Counted from the first letter of the stretch, positions 10,228 to 19,075 are shown. The stretch: DNA of 64,000 nt from Bacteroidota bacterium (GCA_947452555.1 CANGDH010000004.1:53553-117552); one strand, 5' to 3'. Translations and numbers: made by a program. Notes: generated by a model not told the origin, from the letters alone.

Positions 10228-11208
10228 TTAAAAATAGTTAGCCTTTAATTGTAAGCCAATTGTTTCAGTAAGTCCAAATAATAAGTTCATATTTTGTACT
10301 GCTTGTCCTACTGCACCTTTTAATAAATTATCTATTACAGAATGTATGGCCACCTTATTTCCTTGCTGCTCTATATGGATTAAGCATTTATTTGTATTCA
10401 CCACCTGCTTTAAATCGATATTGTTTTTACTTACATGTGTAAAAGGATGCCAATCATAAAATGTTTCATATAAATCATACAAATTTTCTAAAGGCTCATT
10501 TGTTGAAATAACAGAAGTCACAAAAATACCTCTTGTGAAATCACCTCTCCATGGTACAAAGTTTACTTGCGCATTATTATTCCCTTGTAATTGGTGTAAA
10601 TTTTGTTCAATTTCATGCAAGTGTTGATGTTGCAATGTTTTGTAGGCTTGAATATTATTAGCTCTCCAACTAAAATGGCTGGTAGCACTTAAACCTTGTC
10701 CTGCGCCAGTTGATCCTGTAATCCCTGTAGTATATACATCCCCTAAAATTCCTTTTTGTGCTAAAGGCAATAATCCTAGTTGAATCGCGGTTGCAAAACA
10801 ACCAGGGTTCGCAATATTTTGTGCAGTTTGAATAGCTTCTTTTTGCAATTCTGGTAAACCATATGTAAAATTTCTGTCTCCAATGCTGCTCTGTGCAGTT
10901 AATCTAAAATCCTGAGACAAGTCAATAATTTTAACTGATGATTTTATTTCGTTAGCTACTAAAAACTTTTTAGCAGCTCCATGCCCAACACATAAAAATA
11001 ATACATCAATGTCTTGATTCAAATCTGTACTGAAAACCAAACGTGTATCCCCCACTAAGTCTGCATGCACTTTACTCACTAATTCACCTGCGCTACTTGT
11101 ACTATGCACAAAAGCAATATTTGCATTAGGATGGCGCAATAATACACGTAGTAATTCACCACCTGTGTATCCTGCTCCTCCTACAATTCCAATATTAACT
11201 TTCTGCAT
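10228..11208 (-). CDS. argC: N-acetyl-gamma-glutamyl-phosphate reductase
   Basis: GGAGYTGGEL, DLSQDFR, YGLPE, IANPGCF, IDNLLKGAVGQAVQNMN. Confidence 0.96.
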   Translation of the reverse strand: MQKVNIGIVGGAGYTGGELLRVLLRHPNANIAFVHSTSSAGELVSKVHADLVGDTRLVFSTDLNQDIDVLFLCVGHGAAKKFLVANEIKSSVKIIDLSQDFRLTAQSSIGDRNFTYGLPELQKEAIQTAQNIANPGCFATAIQLGLLPLAQKGILGDVYTTGITGSTGAGQGLSATSHFSWRANNIQAYKTLQHQHLHEIEQNLHQLQGNNNAQVNFVPWRGDFTRGIFVTSVISTNEPLENLYDLYETFYDWHPFTHVSKNNIDLKQVVNTNKCLIHIEQQGNKVAIHSVIDNLLKGAVGQAVQNMNLLFGLTETIGLQLKANYF

Positions 11209-11250
11209 TTGTATTCATTTTATAATTTTCAATTACATCAAAAGATGTAT

Positions 11251-12450
11251 TTATTTTTTATTTGATTCCTTAATGTGATGGAATATGCTAGTTTGATTAC
11301 CAAATATTTTGGTAAAACCTCTAACATCAGCTCCGGTCCAGCCTGTATTCATTTCACCATATTTACCAAACTTAGCACTCATTAAGTCGTTTGGTGATTC
11401 AATTCCAATTACTTGAAAACGATATGGATTTAAATGAATAAAAACATCTCCTGTAACTTGCTCTTGCGAGCTAGTGAGAAACGCTTCCATATCACGCATT
11501 ACTGGATCTAAAATTTGACCCTCATGCAACCAGTTACCATAAAACTGTGCTAGCTGATCCTTCCATGACAGTTGCCATTTAGTTAACACATGTTTTTCTA
11601 AAGCATGATGCGCCTTTAAAATCACCATTGGTGCAGCTGCTTCAAAACCAACGCGACCTTTAATACCAATAATGGTATCTCCCACATGAATGTCTCTCCC
11701 AATTCCATAAGGTCCAACTATAGATTGTATGTATTGAATAGCTTGGGTTGGATGCTCGAATGTTTTTTTATTTACTGTTTTAATTTCTCCTATCTCAAAA
11801 CCAATAATTAATTCTTCTTCTTGACCTTCTTTTGTCATCTGTGTTGGCCATGCAGATTCTGGTAACATTCCTTTTGAATTTAATGTTTCCTTCCCACCAA
11901 CACTAGTACCCCATAATCCTTTATTAATAGAATACGCTGCTTTTTCAAAATTCATTGCAACACCTTTCTCTTTCAAATATTCAATCTCTGCTTCTCTACT
12001 TAATTGTAAATCACGGATAGGTGTCAATATTTCAACACCAGGAATCATGATTTGAAAAATCATGTCAAAACGAACCTGATCATTACCCGCACCTGTGCTT
12101 CCATGTGCAACTAATTTAGCGCCCATTTTTTTAACATGTGCCGCAATATGTAAAGCTTGACTTAAACGCTCTGCACTCACACTTAGTGGGTAAGTATTGT
12201 TCTTCAAAACATTACCATAAATCAAATATTTAATAATACTATCATAATATCCTTTTACAGCGTCTACAGTTGTGTGTGTTTTTACCCCTAAAGCATACGC
12301 ATGTGCTTCTACTTTTTTTAATTCTTCCTCGGTAAAGCCACCTGTATTTACTACTACGCTATGCACTTCTAAACCTTTGTCTTCTGTCAAATACTTTACA
12401 CAAAACGTAGTGTCTAAACCACCACTAAAACCCAAAACTACTTTTTCCAT
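11251..12450 (-). CDS. argG: Argininosuccinate synthase
   Basis: FSGGLDT, AHGSTGAGNDQVRF, GIKGR. Confidence 0.96.
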   Translation of the reverse strand: MEKVVLGFSGGLDTTFCVKYLTEDKGLEVHSVVVNTGGFTEEELKKVEAHAYALGVKTHTTVDAVKGYYDSIIKYLIYGNVLKNNTYPLSVSAERLSQALHIAAHVKKMGAKLVAHGSTGAGNDQVRFDMIFQIMIPGVEILTPIRDLQLSREAEIEYLKEKGVAMNFEKAAYSINKGLWGTSVGGKETLNSKGMLPESAWPTQMTKEGQEEELIIGFEIGEIKTVNKKTFEHPTQAIQYIQSIVGPYGIGRDIHVGDTIIGIKGRVGFEAAAPMVILKAHHALEKHVLTKWQLSWKDQLAQFYGNWLHEGQILDPVMRDMEAFLTSSQEQVTGDVFIHLNPYRFQVIGIESPNDLMSAKFGKYGEMNTGWTGADVRGFTKIFGNQTSIFHHIKESNKK

Positions 12451-12455
12451 AATAT

Positions 12456-13103
12456 TTATTTTTTTCTAAACCAGTTCAATAATTTACTTTGTTTTATTTT
12501 CATAAAACGCTCGTATAGTTTAGACTTATTTTTAAATGCTGCTTCTACTTGATCCGGAGTATGTAAACTCTTTGGCTCATACAACATAGCAGTACACATA
12601 CAATTTTTACGATCCTTGCTCATTAATATTTCATAATTCACACAGTTCTTACAGCCTGCCCAAAATTCTTCGTCGTCAGTTAATTCACTGTAAGTAACAG
12701 GCTCGTAGCCCAATTCGCTATTGATTTTCATAACCGCTAATCCTGTTGTCAATCCAAAAATTTTAGCAGTTGGATATTTCTCTCTTGACAATTGGAAAAT
12801 AGTTTGCTTGATTTTTTTTGCAATTCCTGTTTTTCTAAATGCAGGCGCAACGATTAATCCACTATTCGCTACAAACTGACCATGTTGCCAAGCTTCTATA
12901 TAACAAAAGCCAACCCATGCTCCGTCCTCGGTATGTGCAATTACTGCTTTACCTTCTTCTATTTTTTGTGCAACATATGCTGGACTTCTTTTAGCAATTC
13001 CGGTTCCTCGTGCCTTTGCTGAAGATTCCATCTCGTCTGTGATGGCTTTAGCATATGAAATATCACCACTATGGGCTACACGTACTATGATTTTCTGTTC
13101 CAA
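12456..13103 (-). CDS. GNAT acyltransferase, Bacteroidota-type N-acylglutamate synthase (ArgA'-like), first gene of arg operon
   Basis: SAKARGTGIAKRS, GFCYIE, NSGLIV..FRKTGIA, FWAGCKNC..CMCTAM; the family is found at the head of Bacteroidota arg operons. TTG start. Confidence 0.8.
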   Translation of the reverse strand: MEQKIIVRVAHSGDISYAKAITDEMESSAKARGTGIAKRSPAYVAQKIEEGKAVIAHTEDGAWVGFCYIEAWQHGQFVANSGLIVAPAFRKTGIAKKIKQTIFQLSREKYPTAKIFGLTTGLAVMKINSELGYEPVTYSELTDDEEFWAGCKNCVNYEILMSKDRKNCMCTAMLYEPKSLHTPDQVEAAFKNKSKLYERFMKIKQSKLLNWFRKK

Positions 13104-13118
13104 TGATAGATAAAATTT

Positions 13119-13335
13119 AAAAAAATGACACTTCTGGCTTCAAAAGACAATTTCGGGGCTTTTTCCACTGATAGGGGCAAGTGCCAATTGCTCGTCCTAT
13201 CAGAATCCACGTCGGTAGAAAGATCTACCCAACTGGGGCAACCTGATAGGGCTGTTCAAAACAGGAACAGATGCAGCAATTGCATGTGTAGATAAGATAT
13301 GTAATGTTTCCTGTTTCATTTATAATTTCCTGTTT
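13119..13335 (-). promoter_or_regulatory. Structured 5' leader of arg operon, candidate attenuator
   Basis: 58/120 G+C in 13141-13260 versus 32/120 in 13381-13500; several complementary 8-10-mers; U7 tract at 13125-13119. Confidence 0.65.
13200..13319 (-). CDS. Putative arg operon leader peptide, 39 aa: MKQETLHILSTHAIAASVPVLNSPIRLPQLGRSFYRRGF
   Basis: ATG at 13319 to TGA at 13200 in an A/T-rich start context; all four Arg codons lie in the last 14 codons; ends 96 nt before argA'. Below the ORF track size cutoff. Confidence 0.65.
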   Translation of the reverse strand: MKQETLHILSTHAIAASVPVLNSPIRLPQLGRSFYRRGF

Positions 13336-13511
13336 AGGAATGAGATAGTAAAAATAGGCAATTAAATAGACAATTTAGGCCTATTTAGGCTTATAATTTG
13401 AGCTCAAGGAGAAATGAAAGCGACAAAATGAATAAAAATAATAAATGTTAGTTTTTATATGATGCTAAGGAATCGTAATTTTAATGCAAACTCAACCATA
13501 ACAATAGCCTT

Positions 13512-13829
13512 ATGAGAAAATTATTCATTATTATGTTAAGCACTTCATGTGTTTTATTTCTAGCCGCTTGCGAAACTAGTTCCACGCAACAAAAAGCAGC
13601 AACAGCAACTATAGATTCAGCTGTTAATAAAATTGACACCGCCGAGAAAACTTATGATGTCAAATTAGTAGACAATAAAAAAGATCCTACATGTGGAATG
13701 CCAGTAACTGCAGGAATTAGTGATACCGCACATTATGAAAATAAAGTTTTAGGATTTTGTTCTACTGAGTGTAAGAATGAATTTTTAAAAAACCCAAAAG
13801 CAAATATTGCAGCTGCTGAATTAAAATAA
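13512..13829 (+). CDS. YHS/TRASH metal-binding domain lipoprotein
   Basis: Lipobox LAA-C; DPTCGM and GFCSTECK..F.KNP motifs. Confidence 0.85.
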   Translation: MRKLFIIMLSTSCVLFLAACETSSTQQKAATATIDSAVNKIDTAEKTYDVKLVDNKKDPTCGMPVTAGISDTAHYENKVLGFCSTECKNEFLKNPKANIAAAELK

Positions 13830-13881
13830 TAGGAAGCAGATGGCATAAAATAAATATGTTTTAAAAAGAATAGGTTTAAAC

Positions 13882-13915
13882 AAAAAAGAGTTCCCAAATA
13901 GGAACTCTTTTTTTT
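13882..13915. terminator. Bidirectional intrinsic terminator
   Basis: AAAAAAGAGTTCC-caaata-GGAACTCTTTTTTTT between convergent genes. Confidence 0.85.
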
Positions 13916-13960
13916 GGCTACTTACTTTTTCAAGCTACTTTCAACTCTAGCTAGAAAGAC

Positions 13961-16900
13961 TTAGCTAAATAAATAATTAATATCTTCTTTAGTCAATGAT
14001 TTTACAAATCCATCCTCGTCTGAAATAAGGTCTTTGGCCAAAGATCTTTTACGATCTTGTAGTTTTAAGATTTTATCTTCAACGGTATCATTACATATCA
14101 TTCGATATGCAAAAATGTTTTTAGTTTGACCAATGCGGTGTGTTCTGTCAATTGCTTGTTGTTCTACAGCTGGGTTCCACCAAGGATCAACAATGTATAC
14201 ATAGTCTGCAGCTGTCAAGTTTAATCCAACTCCTCCTGCTTTTAATGAGATTAAAAACACGCGACAACTTGATTCATTCTGGAATCGTTCAATAGCACGC
14301 TCTCTTTCTTGAATGGTACTACCTCCATCAAAATATTCATATTCAATTCCTAAACGAGTAAGCTCTGCTCTAATCAATCCCAGCATCCCTAAAAATTGGG
14401 AAAATACTAAAGCTTTATGATCTCCAATGTTTTCAGTGATCTCTCTAATTAATTCAGTCAACTTAACTGACTCATTTGGATATGCTTCGTCTTTTAAAAT
14501 TGCAGGGCTATCGCATATTTGACGAAGCTTCATTAAACCTTGTAAAATAGATAACTGAGATTTTTGAATTCCTTTTTCTTCCACCATTCCAATTAACTTA
14601 TCACGATAATCGTTTCTATAAGCTTCGTAAATTTTTCTTTGTGCGTCTCCCATTTCACAATACAACACCATTTCTTGCTTCTCTGGTAAGTCTTTTGCCA
14701 CCTGCTCTTTGGTTCTTCTTAAAATGAAAGGGAATACAAATTTTCGTAAATGTTCTTTTTGTTCTTTCTCGTCAAACTTATCAATAGGCATGGAGAAATT
14801 ATGTTTAAAGAATTCTACAGAACCAAGCATACCTGGATTCAAAAAGTTCATTTGCGCATAAATATCAAATGTATTATTCTGAAGCGGAGTTCCACTCAAG
14901 CATAATCTGTTAGTTGCCTTTAATAAACCAGCTGCTTTGGTAACTTTACTTGCTGGGTTTTTAATTGCTTGGCTTTCATCCAGAATTACATAATCAAAAT
15001 TGATTTCTGAGAACATTTTGATATCACTTCTTAAAGTACCATATGTAGTTATAATAACTTCTACCTGTCCGTCGCCTAAATTCTTTTTGATTCTTGAACC
15101 ACCATGATGTATTTGGAAAGTCAATGTTGGTGTGAATTTCTTCAATTCATTTTGCCAGTTAAACAACAAAGTAGTAGGACAAACAACCAATGCTAATAAT
15201 TTGCCGTTCTTCTCTCTTAAGTGCTGCAGGAATGACAATGTTTGAATTGTTTTACCCAACCCCATATCATCTGCTAATATGCCACCCCATTGAACTTCAT
15301 TCAAATAGTTCAACCACTGAAAACCGCTTATTTGATAAGGTCTTAAAATAGGTGACAAGTGCTCAGGAGGGTCAATATTTGAAATGGTATATTTTTCTCT
15401 AATATTTTCATACTTGCCTTCCAATTGGAATATTAATTCTTCTTCATCTCTTTGTTGATACAATTCATCTAAAACAGAAAAATGATACTTGCTTAATTTC
15501 AAAGTGTCAGTTTGACCATCTCCCACTTTAAACAATAAAGAATACTTATTCAACCAAGCTTCTGGCAATACGCCTAAGCTTCCATCTTTTAATGGAATAA
15601 ACTGTTGCTTATTATTCAACATGTTCTTGATGTCCTGAATACTTACTTTTTGATCTCCAAATGAAATATCAACTTTAGCATCAAACCAATCCGTGTTGCT
15701 ACTGATATATAATCTTGTAGCAGGCTTAGCGGTATTGAATTTAAACTGCTTTAAATATTCTGTACCGAATAATGGTATTTGACGCTCCTTTAATGTATCA
15801 ATGAATAAGAAAAACCAATTATTCTTTAAAACTTCTGCCCCCTTTAATGCCAAAACATTTCCTTCATTAGGTCTTACAAAGCCAGAGTGTAATTGTTCAA
15901 TTACATTCATCAATTGTCTTTCGGAAGCCAAGTCTCTTTCTAACACAATTATCTTATCTCCTACTTGTTGAATCACATAAGGCTTATCGTCTTTGTTTAC
16001 AATAATATCATTGTAAACAAATAATGGTTCAAAAAATAAATAATCATTATTCTCTTTCAGGAAAATTTGCAAAGTAGGTGTTACTCCTTTTATTTTCTCT
16101 TGTAAAATCTGATCGAACTCTACTGCATATTTTTTAGCAATAGGCAACATTGTAGTTTGTAAATAGGTAGGCCAATCAGAAAATGATACTTCATGATAAC
16201 CTTGTGGCATAAATTTCTCCACCCAATTCAAGTCTTCCGCATTTTTCCATGCAAAAAACTGATGTTGATGCTGGAAAAGGAAATGTGACTTAGCATGATT
16301 GTCCTCGATAGCAACTTGTCCATTCGGCAAAATAACCTGAGCGTAAACAATGTACTTACCGTCTGCCTTTTCTACTTTAAAGCTAGGCTGTATAGTAGTA
16401 TACACTAAGTCAGCCTTTTGAATATTTGCAGTAGTGAAAGGTTTGTTATGCGGGATAAAGAAATTGAAAGGATGTTCAGAAAGATCTTTCCAAACCTTGT
16501 CAATTTTAGGATGTAAATATTCTTGAATTAATTCTTTTGTTTCTTCTGGCAGACTTGCCTCGTCAGTATGTACAATAGTATCCCAAATTCCCTGAAAAGG
16601 AGAGTTCTTATTCAAGAACTTAGTCATTTCAGCTGGTTGTAACTTTCTAATTAATTGTAATAAAATTTTATCCTCTTCATTTATTAAATTAGGAATCACA
16701 AATTTCATAATATCCACTTTCTCCACTTTGCTAATAAATGCAGTGCCTTCGTCATTTACTTCTCCCTTAATTACATTAAAACTAATATAAGGATACGCTG
16801 TAGGATGATGTTGCATAACCAACCCAAATCGCTCTGTAATTTTAGTTACTTCTTCCTCTTCGTCATCATCCATAACATCAGGTAATGGCAATGGACGCAT

Positions 16901-17773
16901 TGGCATTTTCCTTTTTACTAGCTCTGCTGCAGGTTGATCATATTTGTCAGAATACTTACTAGTATTGGATCCTGAGCCATCTACCTTTTGAATAGAAGCA
17001 TCTAAGACCTTTAAATACGGCTTTCCTTCGTGATAGGTAAATTCAAATTTATCCTTAAGATTATCTTGAAGTGAATAACCATACAAAGACAATAACTTAT
17101 TCTTTTCTCTATCCCAATTACGAATAGTTTCAAAGTAGTCCGAACCTTTAAGTTGGAATAATTGTAGTAATAAAACTGTTTTATGTAGACAGAGAGGATA
17201 TTCTGTTTCTGTCAAACAATCACATGAAGTATCAAAAAATCGTTCTTCATTTTTTTGAATTATGATATGATGTGTTTTGCCATTTTCATCCATTTCGGCA
17301 ACCACTTTTTCATTCTCACTAAAAGTGATATGAGGACGAATAGTTTTTAAAGTTTCTTCTGCTTTTTCAAAAATGAATTTTGAACAAAGCATACGAATGG
17401 TCTTTAGGTCTAATATTTTTGCTCTTAATAAAGTATGGGTAGTTTTATAAGAAGCTGCTTGATAGTCTAATAAATTTTTGTCCAACAAGTCTTGAATGAA
17501 AAATAAAGCAGCGGCTTTATGTCTACATACTTCTGACAAATTATAAGGACAACCACATCTTAAAGACAAGGTGGCTGCGTTCGTAAAGTTGTCAATAGTT
17601 ACTTTATAATAGGTACTATAACCGTCGTCTTTTACACGACAATGAATGCTACCAATTAATGGATCAAATTTTACTAACTCAATATTTTTAAGCGCGAAAA
17701 TACGTTTACCCCTGCGGATAACCTCTTCGGTGCCATAACTGTAGATGTGTTTAACTAAATAGGGTAATGCCAT
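13961..17773 (-). CDS. SWI2/SNF2-family ATPase with N-terminal SWIM zinc fingers
   Basis: CGC..CRH and CDC..CLH SWIM motifs; LRPYQ, LADDMGLGKT, DESQ, LSGTP, SLKAGGVGLNL, DPWWNP, QAIDRTHRIGQ. Confidence 0.93.
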   Translation of the reverse strand: MALPYLVKHIYSYGTEEVIRRGKRIFALKNIELVKFDPLIGSIHCRVKDDGYSTYYKVTIDNFTNAATLSLRCGCPYNLSEVCRHKAAALFFIQDLLDKNLLDYQAASYKTTHTLLRAKILDLKTIRMLCSKFIFEKAEETLKTIRPHITFSENEKVVAEMDENGKTHHIIIQKNEERFFDTSCDCLTETEYPLCLHKTVLLLQLFQLKGSDYFETIRNWDREKNKLLSLYGYSLQDNLKDKFEFTYHEGKPYLKVLDASIQKVDGSGSNTSKYSDKYDQPAAELVKRKMPMRPLPLPDVMDDDEEEEVTKITERFGLVMQHHPTAYPYISFNVIKGEVNDEGTAFISKVEKVDIMKFVIPNLINEEDKILLQLIRKLQPAEMTKFLNKNSPFQGIWDTIVHTDEASLPEETKELIQEYLHPKIDKVWKDLSEHPFNFFIPHNKPFTTANIQKADLVYTTIQPSFKVEKADGKYIVYAQVILPNGQVAIEDNHAKSHFLFQHQHQFFAWKNAEDLNWVEKFMPQGYHEVSFSDWPTYLQTTMLPIAKKYAVEFDQILQEKIKGVTPTLQIFLKENNDYLFFEPLFVYNDIIVNKDDKPYVIQQVGDKIIVLERDLASERQLMNVIEQLHSGFVRPNEGNVLALKGAEVLKNNWFFLFIDTLKERQIPLFGTEYLKQFKFNTAKPATRLYISSNTDWFDAKVDISFGDQKVSIQDIKNMLNNKQQFIPLKDGSLGVLPEAWLNKYSLLFKVGDGQTDTLKLSKYHFSVLDELYQQRDEEELIFQLEGKYENIREKYTISNIDPPEHLSPILRPYQISGFQWLNYLNEVQWGGILADDMGLGKTIQTLSFLQHLREKNGKLLALVVCPTTLLFNWQNELKKFTPTLTFQIHHGGSRIKKNLGDGQVEVIITTYGTLRSDIKMFSEINFDYVILDESQAIKNPASKVTKAAGLLKATNRLCLSGTPLQNNTFDIYAQMNFLNPGMLGSVEFFKHNFSMPIDKFDEKEQKEHLRKFVFPFILRRTKEQVAKDLPEKQEMVLYCEMGDAQRKIYEAYRNDYRDKLIGMVEEKGIQKSQLSILQGLMKLRQICDSPAILKDEAYPNESVKLTELIREITENIGDHKALVFSQFLGMLGLIRAELTRLGIEYEYFDGGSTIQERERAIERFQNESSCRVFLISLKAGGVGLNLTAADYVYIVDPWWNPAVEQQAIDRTHRIGQTKNIFAYRMICNDTVEDKILKLQDRKRSLAKDLISDEDGFVKSLTKEDINYLFS

Positions 17774-17833
17774 AATAAATAAGAATTACCCTTTGAAAAG
17801 GGCAATTTGCAAATGTACGGAATTGTGGGCTAT

Positions 17834-18571
17834 TTACATAATCCTATTCACCAAAGACCCATTTTCATAAATGGGTAAAGAAGGTGCCGTGTCCTGAGAA
17901 ATACAGTATAACATATCAGCTTCTAGGCCATATGCAGCTAAACGATGCCAATGGGTAACTGTTTTAATATATTCTGGTAAATTATTTTTATGTTGATTAT
18001 ATAACTGATTGGCCATGAAACTACTATCGCAATGAATAGTAAAATCGTCTTTAATAGCTTCTATGACTGCCCCCGCAAACAATGCATCTTCTATGTTAAA
18101 TCTATTTTTCCAGCCAGAACAACCTAAAATTACTGGTGCTTTTTGTTGTTTTAAATACTCCACCACCCTAGTTAAATTAGGGAAAGAGCCAGTAACTATT
18201 TCCTTAGCACCTTGCTTTAATGCCATATGCAATAATTTAGTACCATTCGTAGTGGTAATAACAAGGGTTTTATGCTCAATAAATGACCTTGGATATTCAG
18301 AGGGAGAATTTCCATAAGCTAATCCTGGAATAATTTTACCGTCTCTTTCCCCTGCAGTAATGCCTCCTGTTTGTTTTCCCATTTCTATACATAGTTCAGC
18401 TGAATCAACAGGAATAATTTTAGTAGCACCATTGTACAACGCAGTTGCCATTGTAGACGTTGCTCTAAAAACATCAATGATCACAACAATACTATCCTTT
18501 ACGTCGTAAAGGTCTAATAACTGAGGTGTTAAAATAGTATGTAAACTGGGTTTATTATTGGAAGTACTCAT
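17834..18571 (-). CDS. comB: 2-phosphosulfolactate phosphatase family (ComB-like)
   Basis: IDVFRATST, AGERDG, GNSPSE, TTTNGT, EDALFAG. Confidence 0.88.
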   Translation of the reverse strand: MSTSNNKPSLHTILTPQLLDLYDVKDSIVVIIDVFRATSTMATALYNGATKIIPVDSAELCIEMGKQTGGITAGERDGKIIPGLAYGNSPSEYPRSFIEHKTLVITTTNGTKLLHMALKQGAKEIVTGSFPNLTRVVEYLKQQKAPVILGCSGWKNRFNIEDALFAGAVIEAIKDDFTIHCDSSFMANQLYNQHKNNLPEYIKTVTHWHRLAAYGLEADMLYCISQDTAPSLPIYENGSLVNRIM

Positions 18572-18609
18572 AACTGTAAAGATACAACATAGAATAATTT
18601 TATATGTAA

Positions 18610-18957
18610 TTAAACCTGCTCTTTTGGCTTGTTCAATAATAAAATTTCAGATACCACAATTTCGGTATTCACTCTTTTAATCAAGTTCTTGTCGGTATAT
18701 GATTTATTTACAATACGCCCTTCTATAGCGACTTCCGAACCTTTAAATAAATACAGTTCTGCGTAATTTGCTAATTTGGACCAAGCCACTAAATTAAACC
18801 ATTGCGTTTCATCAATCCACTCCCCCTTGGCGTTTTTGTAACGATCATTTACTGCAATACTTAAATTGGCCAACTTCTTGTTTTCATCGTACAATTTAAT
18901 TTCAGGAGCAGCCCCTAAATGACCAATTAATTGCACTTTGTTTTTAATTGCTTTCAT
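18610..18957 (-). CDS. ssb: Single-stranded DNA-binding protein, short paralog
   Basis: NKVQLIGHLG..PE, TQWFNLVAW, KGSEVAIEG; start moved to ATG at 18957; no acidic C-terminal tail. Confidence 0.9.
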   Translation of the reverse strand: MKAIKNKVQLIGHLGAAPEIKLYDENKKLANLSIAVNDRYKNAKGEWIDETQWFNLVAWSKLANYAELYLFKGSEVAIEGRIVNKSYTDKNLIKRVNTEIVVSEILLLNKPKEQV

Positions 18958-19024
18958 AGAATTATTTTTTGTTAAGTACAAAAATGCATCTTGTTAAAAC
19001 ATTATTTTGAAGTGTTTATACCAT

Positions 19025-19048
19025 AAAAAAGGGGCCCGAAAGCCCCTT
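19025..19048 (-). terminator. Intrinsic terminator after gcvT
   Basis: Minus strand AAGGGGC-TTTCGG-GCCCCTT-TTTT. Confidence 0.8.
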
Positions 19049-19075
19049 ATATAATACTAATTTAAAATACTTAAT

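Noticed and set aside
13427-13444. ARG-box-like sequence AATGAATAAAAATAATAA upstream of the arg operon
   Set aside because: Only the left half (TGAAT) matches; the right-half CA is missing, there is no tandem partner box and the context is very AT-rich.
17834-18571. comB as evidence of coenzyme M biosynthesis
   Set aside because: ComB-like phosphatases are widespread without CoM synthesis, and no other com genes are present in the window.
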